From Lepidodermella squamata (lineage: Eukaryota > Animalia > Gastrotricha): a stretch of DNA of 64,000 nt. Positions 1 through 11,700 of this stretch are shown here, piece after piece (the first letter of the stretch is position 1; each line of letters opens with the position of its first letter). The stretch is from contig JBLDXI010000009.1 in NCBI GenBank assembly GCA_047495785.1, positions 372,001 through 436,000 of the forward strand. The letters run 5' to 3'. Both the position numbers and the translations under genes were made by a program. Under the pieces are notes generated by a model. It had not been told where the DNA came from. It ran no database searches and saw only the letters and a program-made list of their open reading frames with translations.

Positions 1-2250
1 CGTGGGCATAAAGGCGAGCCAACCCCGTACGGGAACAAATTAGGAAAAGCCTTGATAAAAAATTCGGCGTCACGTTCATTTTGGAAGACGTTCGATGATG
101 TCACACGAAAACGTTTTAGATTTTCGCCGTCTTTGATTTCATCAACTTTTTCGACATCAGGTTGCCGGCCTTGCGATGTGTTGACATCAAATAAACCAGA
201 ATGAGTTTCTAACAATCCACCTTCATCTAAACCGCTATTCACGCGAATCGATTCTGCGCTGATGTCACCCATGATTTCTTCGCCATCATTCAAAATCGTA
301 GTCAAATCCAACCTTTCATCATCTTCAGGTAATGCATTGAGCGCAACATCATCAATGGGAATCATTTTGAACGATTTGTTGTTTTGTTTCAAGAACATCA
401 TGAAGTCACGCACCAATTCTCGCCGAACACGAACGTATTTTTGTTTGGCAATCTAACCATACAAGTCAAATATGAAATAAATCTCCAAAATTTCACAAAT
501 TTTACCTTCATGTCATCGTCAGTAGCATTCGCGAAAACAACAAGGTAATCTTTATCTTCCAAAGCCATGGGCATTTGTGTAGCAGCAGGACCGGGAGTAG
601 CGACAAGAGCAATCGTGTGGCTACGTAATTGTCTGCGTAAATTTCGACCGATTATTTGAATGTTCGCAGCAATTTGAACGAGCGATGTCATCTTTCGTTC
701 CGCCCAAGACAATGACGAAAATTGTTCCGGCAATCTCCCAAACGCCCATCCATTTGCTATTGCCATCACAGGCGGCGTTTTTATGCTAGAAGAGCAAAGC
801 GAGTCGTAACAATGCTTGCAAAACTGCATGGAAGTTCCTTCTGCACTGTTCGAAACGCCTGCAGGATTCAAAGCGAGGCCGGCTAATCGTTCGTCAATAT
901 CCTTCGCGCAGTATTCCTGACGCACACTGCTAGGAATGGAATCGGCCCAACGCAATCGAGACAATCGGTTGTAGATAAACGACTGCTCCAGGATTTTCGT
1001 AATGATGTCTCGTTTTGGTACTAGTTCCTGACAGACAGCGCACACCGTTTCAGTCAAATTATCCGCCGAGAAGAAGTCCTTGATTTTGTTGACTGCATTT
1101 TCTTTCTTGAAATCAGAGATTGCTTCGAACACTCGCATGCTTGAATCGACATCGGCATCGGGTAAATCCTCCGGCTGAACCGTTTCCTATGAATAATTTT
1201 GTTTTCCCTTAAACGTTTCTCCAATTGTTCAAGCTGATTACCTTGACCTCGTATATATCTTCACTATAACAAGGTGTATCCTCGGCAATAAATAAATTGC
1301 GTGATTGAGACTTAGAGCCTGATTGTGCTTTTGGCGTCGTTGTCCCTGTCACTGTAGATTGTGAAGACTGCGGATGTTTTCCTACATAATAGTGAATAGC
1401 GAATGTGTATGCAGCACCATGGAGTAAATAGCCTACTTATTTCAGCGTCAACATCTTCGGCTTTCACCATTAAAGGTGTTTTCTTTATTTGATTCTCTGT
1501 TAGCAAGCCGCGCTCAATCAATCTCTTTGATTGCAAAGCAGATAAATGCAGCAATTCCATTCTTCCAAAGCACTGCTCTTTAAATTTGGACAGGGTTTCA
1601 AAACCGAACAATTTCATGGCAAAACAGGCGTGAAAATAAGCACCGATGCCTTCGACTTCGATTCGATTTGCATCCAATTGATCAATCTATCCGAATAATG
1701 TTAAATCAAGTTATTTTGCACTAAAGCCTACCATTTTCAATTTTAGAGGTGTCAAGCGCATTTCTGGCATAGCCTCTATTCTAGCAGGCCCAGACGGCGT
1801 TGAATGTCCAGTTGCGGATGATGAAGTCATAGGTCTTTTTACAACAAGGCTACCTCCTTCTACAAAACAACCACAGAATTAGAATAATTGTATCAATTAT
1901 AAAATGCATGCCTACCATTGTTAAAATCAAGCTGTCTTTTGCCACCCAAAACAGCTGGGCTTGCAAGGTCGATTCGCACAGGGAGTTTCGGAGGGGTCGA
2001 AAACATGCTTATGTTAACGGTAGGAATAGCCTTTCCGCTGTTCGATGGCAGTTGAACTGGAATTCTTGAAGGACTAGCCATACTAGCTGAAAACAGAGGT
2101 TTGCCAATTGAAGCAGCTTCTGTATTAGACATTTAGTTGAATCCAAACTAAGTAACAAGTAAAGTGTATAAACGTACGTGTAGTACGTGTGGAAACAACT
2201 TTGCGAAACTCAGGACCAGTATGATCACAGCTATTCGACCGCTGATTATT

Positions 2251-2323
2251 TGCTGAAGAAAAAATACTAGTGTCACTAAAAAATCTCCTTACAGCACTTA
2301 CGCCCTGGATTAGACTCGATGTC
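2251..2323 (-). other. 2A/StopGo-like ribosome-skipping motif (CG-DIESNPG|P), last codon split by a 49-nt intron
   Basis: Minus strand reads GAC ATC GAG TCT AAT CCA GGG C|gtaagt...ttttttcttcag|CA AAT AAT (intron 2301-2253). The spliced product is ILVCGDIESNPGPNNQ, matching the consensus D(V/I)ExNPGP. Confidence 0.75.
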
Positions 2324-2605
2324 GCCACAAACCAAAATAGAAAAAGTCACGGTTGATCTGCTAAATCTCCAGCGCAAACAATTACGGAAAACTTCTTTCG
2401 CAGCGAAATGATCAACCGCATCAACCCAATCGCCCCATGGTTCATACAGAGCTTCACTCAATACCTTCTGTCTTCCTTGATACCACGTTGAATCGTTTCT
2501 CAGCAAACTTATAATAACAAAAACCAAAACAGTTGCTGGCAGTCGCTTCATCGGAAATAAACTAGGAAAAAACATAAAATAGAACTCATGCATGTATGGA
2601 TGATG

Positions 2606-2845
2606 TGAATGATGCGTATAGTTATGATCATGGCAGTTTTCACCCAGATCAGGGTTTGGCTGTCGTTTACGGTTGACTTCGGTATCATACGGCTGTACAT
2701 AGGCCGCTGAAAAGCGTTGTTGCCATGAATGATGCGTATAGTTATGATCATGGCAGTTTTCACCCAGATCAGGGTTTGGCTGTCGTTTACGGTTGACTTC
2801 GGTATCATACGGCTGTACATAGGCCGCTGAAAAGCGTTGTTGCCA
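2606..2845. repeat. Perfect 120-bp tandem duplication
   Basis: 2606-2725 is identical to 2726-2845. It duplicates 40 codons in frame within ORF 2887-2276. Confidence 0.97.
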
Positions 2846-3519
2846 AGAACCAGAAACAATTTTGAAATCAGCGCCAGTTCTTGACATTAAAATAATGTTT
2901 AATATTAAAAATTATTTTTTATTCTATAATATAACTTTTTTTAGTATTTTACAACTCCCCCCGGCCGACCAAATTTCCCTGCTTTACATCCGGTTCGGGT
3001 TGTTCCAACCCTCCCGGATTCATAGGAAATACTGGAACGGCTCTAGCCGAGCCGCAATCTGGGTTCGAAGAAACGGGAAATCCACAGGTCCCTGTGCAGC
3101 CTTCGTCTTTTGTCTTTTGAGAGTGAGCTGCTCCCTAGTCGTTGTTTCACGAGGTAGGTAGTTGTGCTCTCAGCTCGCCATGCCCAACCCATACCCCCAA
3201 GCCATCCCCAAAATTGGGAAACCCAACTCCAAATTTCGAGCATTATAGCATTATATTTTTAAACTTTTGAAATCAATTTTTATACTCCATTTCGCCAATA
3301 CCCACCTCAAAAGAATAGATAAGTCCTTGATCAAATGGACCACGGTTCTTGTGCAAAAGGTATATCTCCGATCGATGGCGCAATGACTTTTGCTTGCAAT
3401 CAACGCTGCCATCGTAGGAGCAAGACGCCTTCACGTTCCTCTTTGTGACCGTAGCGTGCTGAGCAAAATATCCATGACTCCTGAGATGCGTGCTCTTACA
3501 CGTCAGAAACGCGTTCTTG

Positions 3520-5212
3520 GGCAATCACGTTGATCCAGTTCTTGCGGCTGCAGTCATGCAGCTCGATGCAGCATTTCGTGGTGCCAAGCAGCGGCACGAG
3601 TATGGTCGCGTTGTAGCCAATCTGCGGCAAGCTGAGGCCCTCTGCACAACTGCGCTACCGTGACGCCTGGGTGCGTCTGCGTATGCTCGAACGGTCCTAT
3701 GGCCTTATCCGACGGCTCTCATTTACCCCCTCAACCGATCTCGCCAACGAGCTGTACCGTTACTATGTACCCTTACTGTGACCTTTCTGTCGACGCTCTT
3801 GTCCGTCAGCAGTGTCTCGAGCTCGAGAATCTTATGTTAATACCGACCCTAATGCCCTCCAGCCTAATGACGTGATTCGCCTACCGGGTACGCAGGAATT
3901 CAGTGTAAGCCAGCGTGTGCCAGCGAGGGCAATTAATAACCTGACGCCTTGCAAGGTTACTGATATCGACGTCTTTTCTAAGCGGGGCGGTGTGCCTTCA
4001 CAGACTTACCTTCGTCTGCTCTACTTTATGTGCCTCGGCAGCCAGTACACCGGATTGGAAGGAGGCAGTCGCCGTGGACCGTCCACGGTGGACGTGCACA
4101 AGTCGGACAAGACGCGTGAACCGGCGTCGTCGCGGCTTCCCATCTCGCTGTTGCCGCCAGATACCACAATACCAAGTCAGATACCATAGTTCGTAACGGC
4201 GTCCAGTTCGTAACTCCCACCGCGTGCAACAGGGCCGCTCGGACAAGCGGAAGATGGTCGGTGTTGGTCTCGATGTGAAGGCCGCCTATGATTTGGTTTG
4301 GTCCACAAGCTTGGCCAGTTGCCCCTGCCGCGTAACCTCACCGGGTGGCTCGCCGATCGAAAGCTCCAGGTGTTGCCGGTTTCCGTAGTCGGCAGGTCCG
4401 ATTACAGTGTGGAGTTCCGCAAGGGCCCCCGCTGTCTCTGCCCCTCTACATTATATACACCAGCGACCGGCTATGCTCCCTGAGTGCCTCTGGAACCTCC
4501 CTGGCCGCCTACGCCGATAATCTGACCTTCGTCGGTACGGGCGCTACTTTCCCGGAGGCCGAAGCGCGCGCTAATAGGCAGAAGTCGACCGCGTCGCCGC
4601 TTGGGCCTGCTATTGGCGCCAGCAATTCAACGCTAAGTTATCGCGTTTTCTCGGCGGCTCCCGGGCACCGCCATACCTGTGTTGCGAATTCTCGGTCTCT
4701 CTTTCGACGAAAAGCTCACCTGAAACCCTCACATCGGTTGCGTCCTCAACCGCTATGGTCGCAATTTGTAGTGTTTTCGCATGGTTGTGCGCCGCCCTAT
4801 GCTGTCGCGTTGGTGCCGTGCTACATTCTCTCGCTCGCTTCATTGCCACATTCTGGTCTGTTGCGTTCGCCATTGCCACCAATACCCAGCTTCGGCGTCT
4901 TGAAGTGCTCCCAACAATTGCCTCCGAGCATTTTTACACGAGCATGGAGCACCGAGCATGGATGACCGTGTTCGGATCTCCACCCTTGAGCTACGCTGTT
5001 GCATGCCCAGCCTACCCAGCCTACACGAGCTACCAGCCTACAAATCGTGTCAAAGCCTCTATGTCGGTAACGCTGCCTCTCGCTACGTCTTTGCCTCTCT
5101 GTGTGAGGATGTGGCGTCTGCCTCTCATGATTTAACGTATTGTTAATTCCTAATGGCTGAACGTTGAAAGACAAATTGCAAAATAAAACAGTATCAGTAT
5201 CAGTATCAGTAT
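3520..5212 (+). mobile_element. Degenerate non-LTR retrotransposon (reverse transcriptase remnant) with tandem-repeat tail; 5' end approximate
   Basis: Frame-broken RT motifs occur in order: 'PISLL', 'LDVKAAYDLVW', 'WLADRKLQV', 'GVPQGPPLS', 'AYADN' (normally YADD). The element ends in AATAAA followed by (CAGTAT)4 at 5189-5212. Confidence 0.8.
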
Positions 5213-7245
5213 CCACGTCGCCACGTCTGAAATTACCTGTGGTGCTGCTAAATTCTCATCTGCCGCCGGGCCCCCTCAAACAATTTACATATGTGATTCC
5301 GTTTTAATTTTCCAATGGCTCCAATGGCTTATATTTCAACTGCGTTCACTTCCGCTGTCAGTGATAAATTTCCGTGCGCCTCACTCACGTCGCAGCGGCA
5401 AGCGCCCATCTGCCTTATGCCTTATGCCACGTCATGCCCGCGCCTTATTCTTGTAGGGTCATTGATTTTGTCGCTTTTGTATTGTTGAACTGTTGAGTTA
5501 TTAAATTTTGAAATTGAGGGTAAAATTGACTTCTTTCGTTCGCATGCCCCTAATCACCGAAGGATCTCCTAGTGCTCTATGATCTTCTTAGCTTGAGGCA
5601 TCTCCTGACCGACTTGGGGCTCGAAATTGGGGCTCAATTGGGAGAAAGGAATAAGTCACAGGAAATAAAACAGGTTATAGTGCGAAGGGGGTGAGACTCA
5701 CCGCTACAGGTCATAGGTGAGGAAGCATCGTTTTCATTCTCATACTCATTTTTTATTTAAAAATGCAATATGTCTTGCAAGATGTCTTCCAAAAATATTC
5801 CTCCATCTGGCGCACACTGATATTGAGAAGAGATAAGATAATCAAGGGTTGTTATCCGCGCATCTGTCCCCTTGCAACAACGTCTTTCCCACCATACTGA
5901 TCTTTCATTGGAGAAAAATATTTCATGGCACCATTAATATGTGCATTATGATATCAATATTTTCGCGATGGGTTGCGCATTTGAATAATGTGATGCATTA
6001 TTACCGAAGAACAGCTTGCATGCATTCTGAGCCGTCACGCCGTTACATTTGTTCAGTGTTCAGTATACACTCACACGATAGAATTCAAGTCTAGCTCTCT
6101 GATTTTAGTGATGAGCGTCATCCGATGGCTGTTGCTCCTGTCCCCTGCGTTAGCATCTAGCTCATTGTCGATGCGCTTGCACTGATTCACTGCTTTTACG
6201 ATTTCTCAAACGCTTAATAAAATTAATTTCTTTTTGCGAAGAGCCTCCTGATCAGAGCAACAGTGATGCAATGTAACATGCCCCCACCGCTTAGGCAAAT
6301 AGTTGGAATCTTCTTCATTGCAACAGCGGAACATAGCTCAGTGGAGGTTGCAAAGCAGGTTGCCTTAAAAGCAACTTTCAATTTTTGCGCGCTAATTTAC
6401 CGCCCATTTTTTTGACACGTAATTTTTATTTACATAAAAATTCTGATTAATAATAAAAATTAATTTTTAATATTGTCACGCCTTACTTTAAGTGAAATCA
6501 AATTTCTGGCTCAGTCCCCGAAAGCTTTTCGGCTTAGGTGTGTGCCGTGCGCGCGCGCGATTCCTAAGTAAGACATCCGGGTTCTTCGAACCCAGATTCA
6601 TAGGCATCTTCCTTTTGGATTTCAGAATCCATGATCGATGAATCAGTCATTCAATTTCAATGATTCACGATAACCGCGCTTGAGTCACACAACCTAACTC
6701 TTTTTAGCTATGCTCTACTATGCTAATCCTTGCTATCAACCAGATCTTCGGAAAGCCGAATTACTTAACATTAATTTGACAAGAGACAAGCTTAGGAAAG
6801 TACCGTCGATGCTGATTTCAAAAGCGCGAAGAAGAGGTAACTTACCACCTTAATTCGGCTCGCCCATCTGTCATATTAGTATGTTTGGCATTGGGCGGAA
6901 GACCGTAGACCTCTGATTCAGCGAATACATGGGTTTCATGAATACAATTCACTATCAAATCTCCTATAGAATGAATCTCTCTGAGCCGAAGCAATAAATG
7001 ATTTTTACAGTTACATAAATTCACCGATGCCTGCTATAACGGCTGAACCAGGTCACGGTAATAGACCGTTTTACCTGCTATTTGAATCTAGATAGAATAC
7101 GCTGAAGAAGCCTGTCTCCTGTCAGTTCCAACGTAGGACGTGGAACTTTAGGTTTCATCGACATTCCTTAGGATAATCCGAAGCTGCGGGCGTAGAGGAT
7201 TGATTTCTTTATTGATGTTCGCCTGCTTTATTTCATAGGCCACAA

Positions 7246-8072
7246 ATGTCTTATTATAACTCAAGTTCATATTCCTCGGCTTCCGGTGCATCTCGTTCGT
7301 ATGTGCCACCTCCGAAAAATCCTTTCGAGGATGATACGAATCCATTCGATGAACCAGCTGCACGACAGCCGACCGAACAAGAACGGCTGCATGATCAAAT
7401 TTTGAGCGTTCAACAAGAGAGTAAATCGTCAACCCAGCGATCTCTTGCATTATTGTATCAATCTGAAGAAGTTGGCACTGCAACGGCTCAGGTATTGACT
7501 TGGTGATGCGCTCGTTAAGATAATATTTTGTTTGTTTGTAGCAATTGATCGAGCAAGGCGAAAAATTGGACAGCATTGAAGGAAAGGTTACTAAAATTGA
7601 TGCCGATTTGAAACAAAGCCAGAAACATATAAATGGGATTAAAAGTGTCTTTGGTGGTATTACCAATTGGTGGCAGTCTAAGAAAGAAAAGAAAAGTGGC
7701 ACAGTCGAAGAGCCTTCCAAAATGCCATCGAACAGTGCTCAGGAAGCTGGCCTGAGATCGGTGATGAAAAAGTCTGAAAGTGAACATTCCACTCTCTCCA
7801 GCCGCACCACCAGCAGCTACCGGCCTCAAACTCAAACAACTTTGGCTGGGACATCTGTGAAAACTGTTATCGAGCAAAATGAATACGAAATAGAAGAAGA
7901 TCTAGGCCAAATGTCCACAATTACGGAAAGGCTAAAATACATGGCGATGGCAATGGGAGAAGAAATCGAAAAACAAAATAGCCAAATTGACAGAATTTCG
8001 ACGAAAGTTGATCGCACCGAAACGACGATGACTGGTCAGAACAAACAGATGAATCGGATTCTCAAGAAGTAA
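7246..8072 (+). CDS. SNAP29: SNAP29-like Qbc-SNARE, copy 1 (exons 7246-7491, 7542-8072; 258 aa)
   Basis: N-terminal NPF motifs (KNPFEDDTNPFDE), first SNARE helix 'STQRSLALLYQSEEVGTATAQQLIEQGEKLD...INGIKSVFGG', second helix 'MGEEIEKQNSQIDRI'; no Cys cluster or TM; 50-nt GT-AG intron. Confidence 0.92.
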
Positions 8073-8768
8073 ATAAATGGCATGCCCGGCCCTAAATTAT
8101 TGCAATTTGCGTTTTCGGATTTCGTTCCTCTCATTTTTAAACAAGAGGAGATCTTACGGCGTTGATAAGTAATATTACAAATGTCATTCCTGTCCAACGT
8201 TATTCAACTAATGCAGATTGCTGTTCTCCGTTGAATGCTGTTGATCGTTGTGACACATTTTTGTTTGAGAAATTGCTCACTTCCGGTGAAAACCGAGCTT
8301 GTGGAACACCGCGTTATCCAGAGGAGGTAGAGTTCTCCACATACGAAAATATTTCGATTGAATAAATCCTTCACCATGAGTTCACCATGAAGATTCTAAC
8401 GTATTGTGACAACGCTTGGATTGTGCCTCTTGCTCTAGAGCTTCACATTTATTGAATAGAGTTCGAATGTCAAGGATGAAGTTATTGCCGCGATCTTATT
8501 CCTAACTCATTAAAGGCTTACTTTGCTGCATTATCACATTATCTGATTGATGTAAATGAGACCTGAACGTCTTCTAAGACGACCAACGTGTATCCAATTT
8601 TATCTCTCCTCGCACTCTGCTGTAATTTTTCCATTCGCCTGAGCAGAAAACACTAAATAAATACGAATATTTAAAAATATTAGTTTTTTACTCGGAATCA
8701 AGCCTAGAAACTGCGATTTCTACATCGGTTTTATGTGATAGAAATTTACAAAACTCTGTCAGAACCCG

Positions 8769-11700
8769 ATGTCGTTATTTTGCGCTCCGCCGACAGCGGC
8801 GTCCTGCGTAACCACATCACCTGCCCAGCAGGCAACGACCGCTACTTCCTCATCGGCAACAAATACTGATAATGTCACCATATGGTTAAGAACGGAACCT
8901 TTCGTCTTCTCTGCGTTGCCTATTGCCCCGCATTCGAAGCTAACCTTTGGGGTTTGTATCTTTTCAAATAAACGAGTGAATTTTGCATATCATTGATATC
9001 TTATGTAGCATATCAAAAAAATCCTGGGTTACCTGCGATCGAAGTCACCTCAGTCGTTTCCGAGGATGAAGTAATTTCTGCGGTTGCATGTTTCAAGCTT
9101 ACTAAATTTGTGCTTTCTTCAGCTTTCAAATGTGGCAGCATATTACCGTTCACAAAATGGCGATTCCGGCTGAATTGGGCCAAATGTAATTTTGATAATC
9201 AAGCCTATTTTGCTTATTTGAATTTTGAATGATCCAGTTACTTCGAAACGTTTCTCCACTATGATTCCAATACCGAATCCACGGTGCCAGACTTGCCGGC
9301 TGGCGATCAAAAGCAACCGTCGCAACAGGCTGCAACATCGGTCGATGCTCGTCGATTCGTAGTATTCCTTATGTTGCAGCATCTTCACAAAATCTCACTT
9401 CGATCTTCTCTGCAAGGCGGCGAAGAGTGGCCGGCCAGGTGCCGATCGCCTGATGTCGACCAGCGTCAGCAGATGTCTAATAGAGTATAGAAAATTGCCT
9501 CTCTCGCGTGACTTTTCTAAATTTATCTTGTAATTTTGCAGTCATTCGATGAGAATGCCCATCAGATATTTTTCCTGAACAATTTGGAGGACATTTTGGT
9601 TGCGCTTCAGGACCCAGTTGGTCCATCGACTTCATCAGGTGGTGATATGAAGAGTCCCCGACCTACTCTGAGCTGGGCTTCAATCCGAGCCCTTGATTTT
9701 GTGCTAAGCGGCTCGCCTGACTCCAACAAGTTTGCTTCGCACTAATCGTATCTGTTTTTTTATTTGAAATAAAATCTTTTTTAAAGGACTATCTTGCCGT
9801 ACAGTCAGTTGTTCAGAAACTGCAATAATGTCGATCAGGGGCCATCTAATGTTGTGCTATCTGAAAACACTTATTTGCTGCGTAACGTCGAATCTTTCAT
9901 TCGATCTCACATGTCACCGAACCCTTTCGGACTCGTGGCCTGTTCACTCAATGGCAAGCGCCTGGTTTGGCCTTTCCAAGGTGAGTTGAGAATATGTTTC
10001 GCTGAAATTGAATGGCATCGCGTCTGCTGGCTTTTATTTCTTACTTTTTGTTTGTTAAATTACAACAATATTTAGCAACAGTTATTATCATGACAACAAA
10101 TCAAATCGCTGATGCACAGAAAACTTTCCTGGTGATATAGTAAATTGACGTCATAAGTTTTCATAAAGAGTTTTGTTAAATTATTTGTCCGCAACTGGGT
10201 CGAAACTGACCACCCAAGGCTGCAAAGCCTTCAGCGAAAGAATGAGGCGGTCAACGAAATTGCGATTTGGCAAGAATGTGGATGTATTGCGCACCAAAAA
10301 CATGACATCCACTGCCGACTGATTATGCGCGAGACAGACGGGAGATTCAAATATGAGAACGATTAGTTAGAATCATGAATTTTGACGATAGTTTTTTTTA
10401 TACAAAAAGTGATAGCAAAAGATTCTCACAGATCGCCAGTCGTTCACACACGCAATCAGTCGCCTTAGAAAAGCAATAATTTTTTTGTAATTTGAGATTT
10501 AACGCTGTAATTAAAATGTCGCGATAAAACAAATGTTAAAAGGAAGATGATAATCATGACATGATCAGCTCCAAAACGGCAGATTTCTTATTTTGAGTTA
10601 TTTTTTTGTTTGTAATGTACAAGAAAAACTGGTGTTGAAGTTATTTGAAGAAAACAGTAACTTTTTTTATAATAATAGCTTGAAAACAGTCGATATGATC
10701 AAAAGTAGCAATGATAATAATTAATAATTAGAATATTCATCAATAATATTTTTATGCTATTTAACTCTTATTAACAAGAATGTTGGTGGCACCCTACGTG
10801 AAGTTAGTGATACTTATTGCGCCACTACTGCCGTCTGTTCGATCTTTTCGTTGCTGGTGGGTTCGACGACGGGGGCCGAAGTGGTTTCTTCACCGTTGAC
10901 TCCGTTTGTCTCAGCAGCAGCAGCAGTAGCTTCATCGTGCGCAGCGTGGCCGTTGCCGTTGCATTTGCCGTTCTCTTGCGCCGGCTCTTCGGTGGTCGCC
11001 GTGGCCAGAAGCGCGGCTCCGTCGAGCATGCCGTTCTCCGCCGGCTTCTCAGCGGCCGCTTTCTCCTCATCAGTCGTCTTCTCGGCGGTGCCGTTAGCTT
11101 CGGTTTTCTGCTTCGGCGATCGGCGCATTCGCCTGCCCAGGGCGCGCAACTGGCTCATGAGGCCCATGCGTTGGAAAGCGGCGCGCATGTTGGCGACAAT
11201 GGCTCGCCGCTTCTTCGACTTGATCGGAGTGCTGGCGGCATTGGGGGCCTCGCCGTTGGCCGGGGTCGTCTCTTCGGTCGCGGCGTGTTCGCAACCGTTG
11301 CCGTTTTCCAGCTTAATATCGCCGTTGGTAGCGCACTCGATTTTCTCGGCTTGAACCTATGATACATAAATTAAGGTAGTAGATACCGATGTGACTTTCG
11401 AGTAAAGGCAGTATTACCTCAGGTGCAATCGCCTGAACGGATTCGGCATTCTCAGCTTGAACTGTCTCGTTAGTCATAATTACGAGGTTCGAGATGGAGA
11501 ATTCAAAATAATAGCTTTAAATCCCTATAAATGCGGAAAATAAGAAACGATTAGGCGAAACGGAAAAAAATAAGCGGCGGCCGGATTGTGTCCAGCCGGG
11601 TTTTTGGTGTATGTTGATTTGTCCCCGGCAATTGTTGATGGATGCTGGTGATGGCATGAAACTTCATCCGCCAAGCCAGAGGATAAATAAATGGCTAGTT

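Larger units (their letters stand above)
1..2887 (-). mobile_element. Helitron-like Rep/helicase gene, 5' part (spliced; continues past the left edge)
   Basis: Exons 2887-2302, 2252-2178, 2119-1916, 1859-1732, 1686-1437, 1381-1242, 1186-506 and 452-<1 join in one open frame across 45-58 nt GT-AG introns. The product has CxxC...CxxC plus 'MAIANGWAFGRLPEQFSSLSWAERKM' (DUF6570-like), 'VRRELVRDFMMFLKQNN...IDDVALNALPEDD' and 'KAFPNLFPYGVG', which are typical of the region upstream of the Rep domain in Helitron RepHel proteins. Confidence 0.8.

Noticed and set aside
1893-2132. ATG 2132 as the start of the Helitron gene
   Set aside because: It lies inside the predicted intron 2177-2120, and the upstream exons join in frame. 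It could still serve as an alternative start if that intron is retained.
5560-7100. Coding-looking minus-strand patches upstream of SNAP29
   Set aside because: I could not build a stop-free spliced model or recognise a family.
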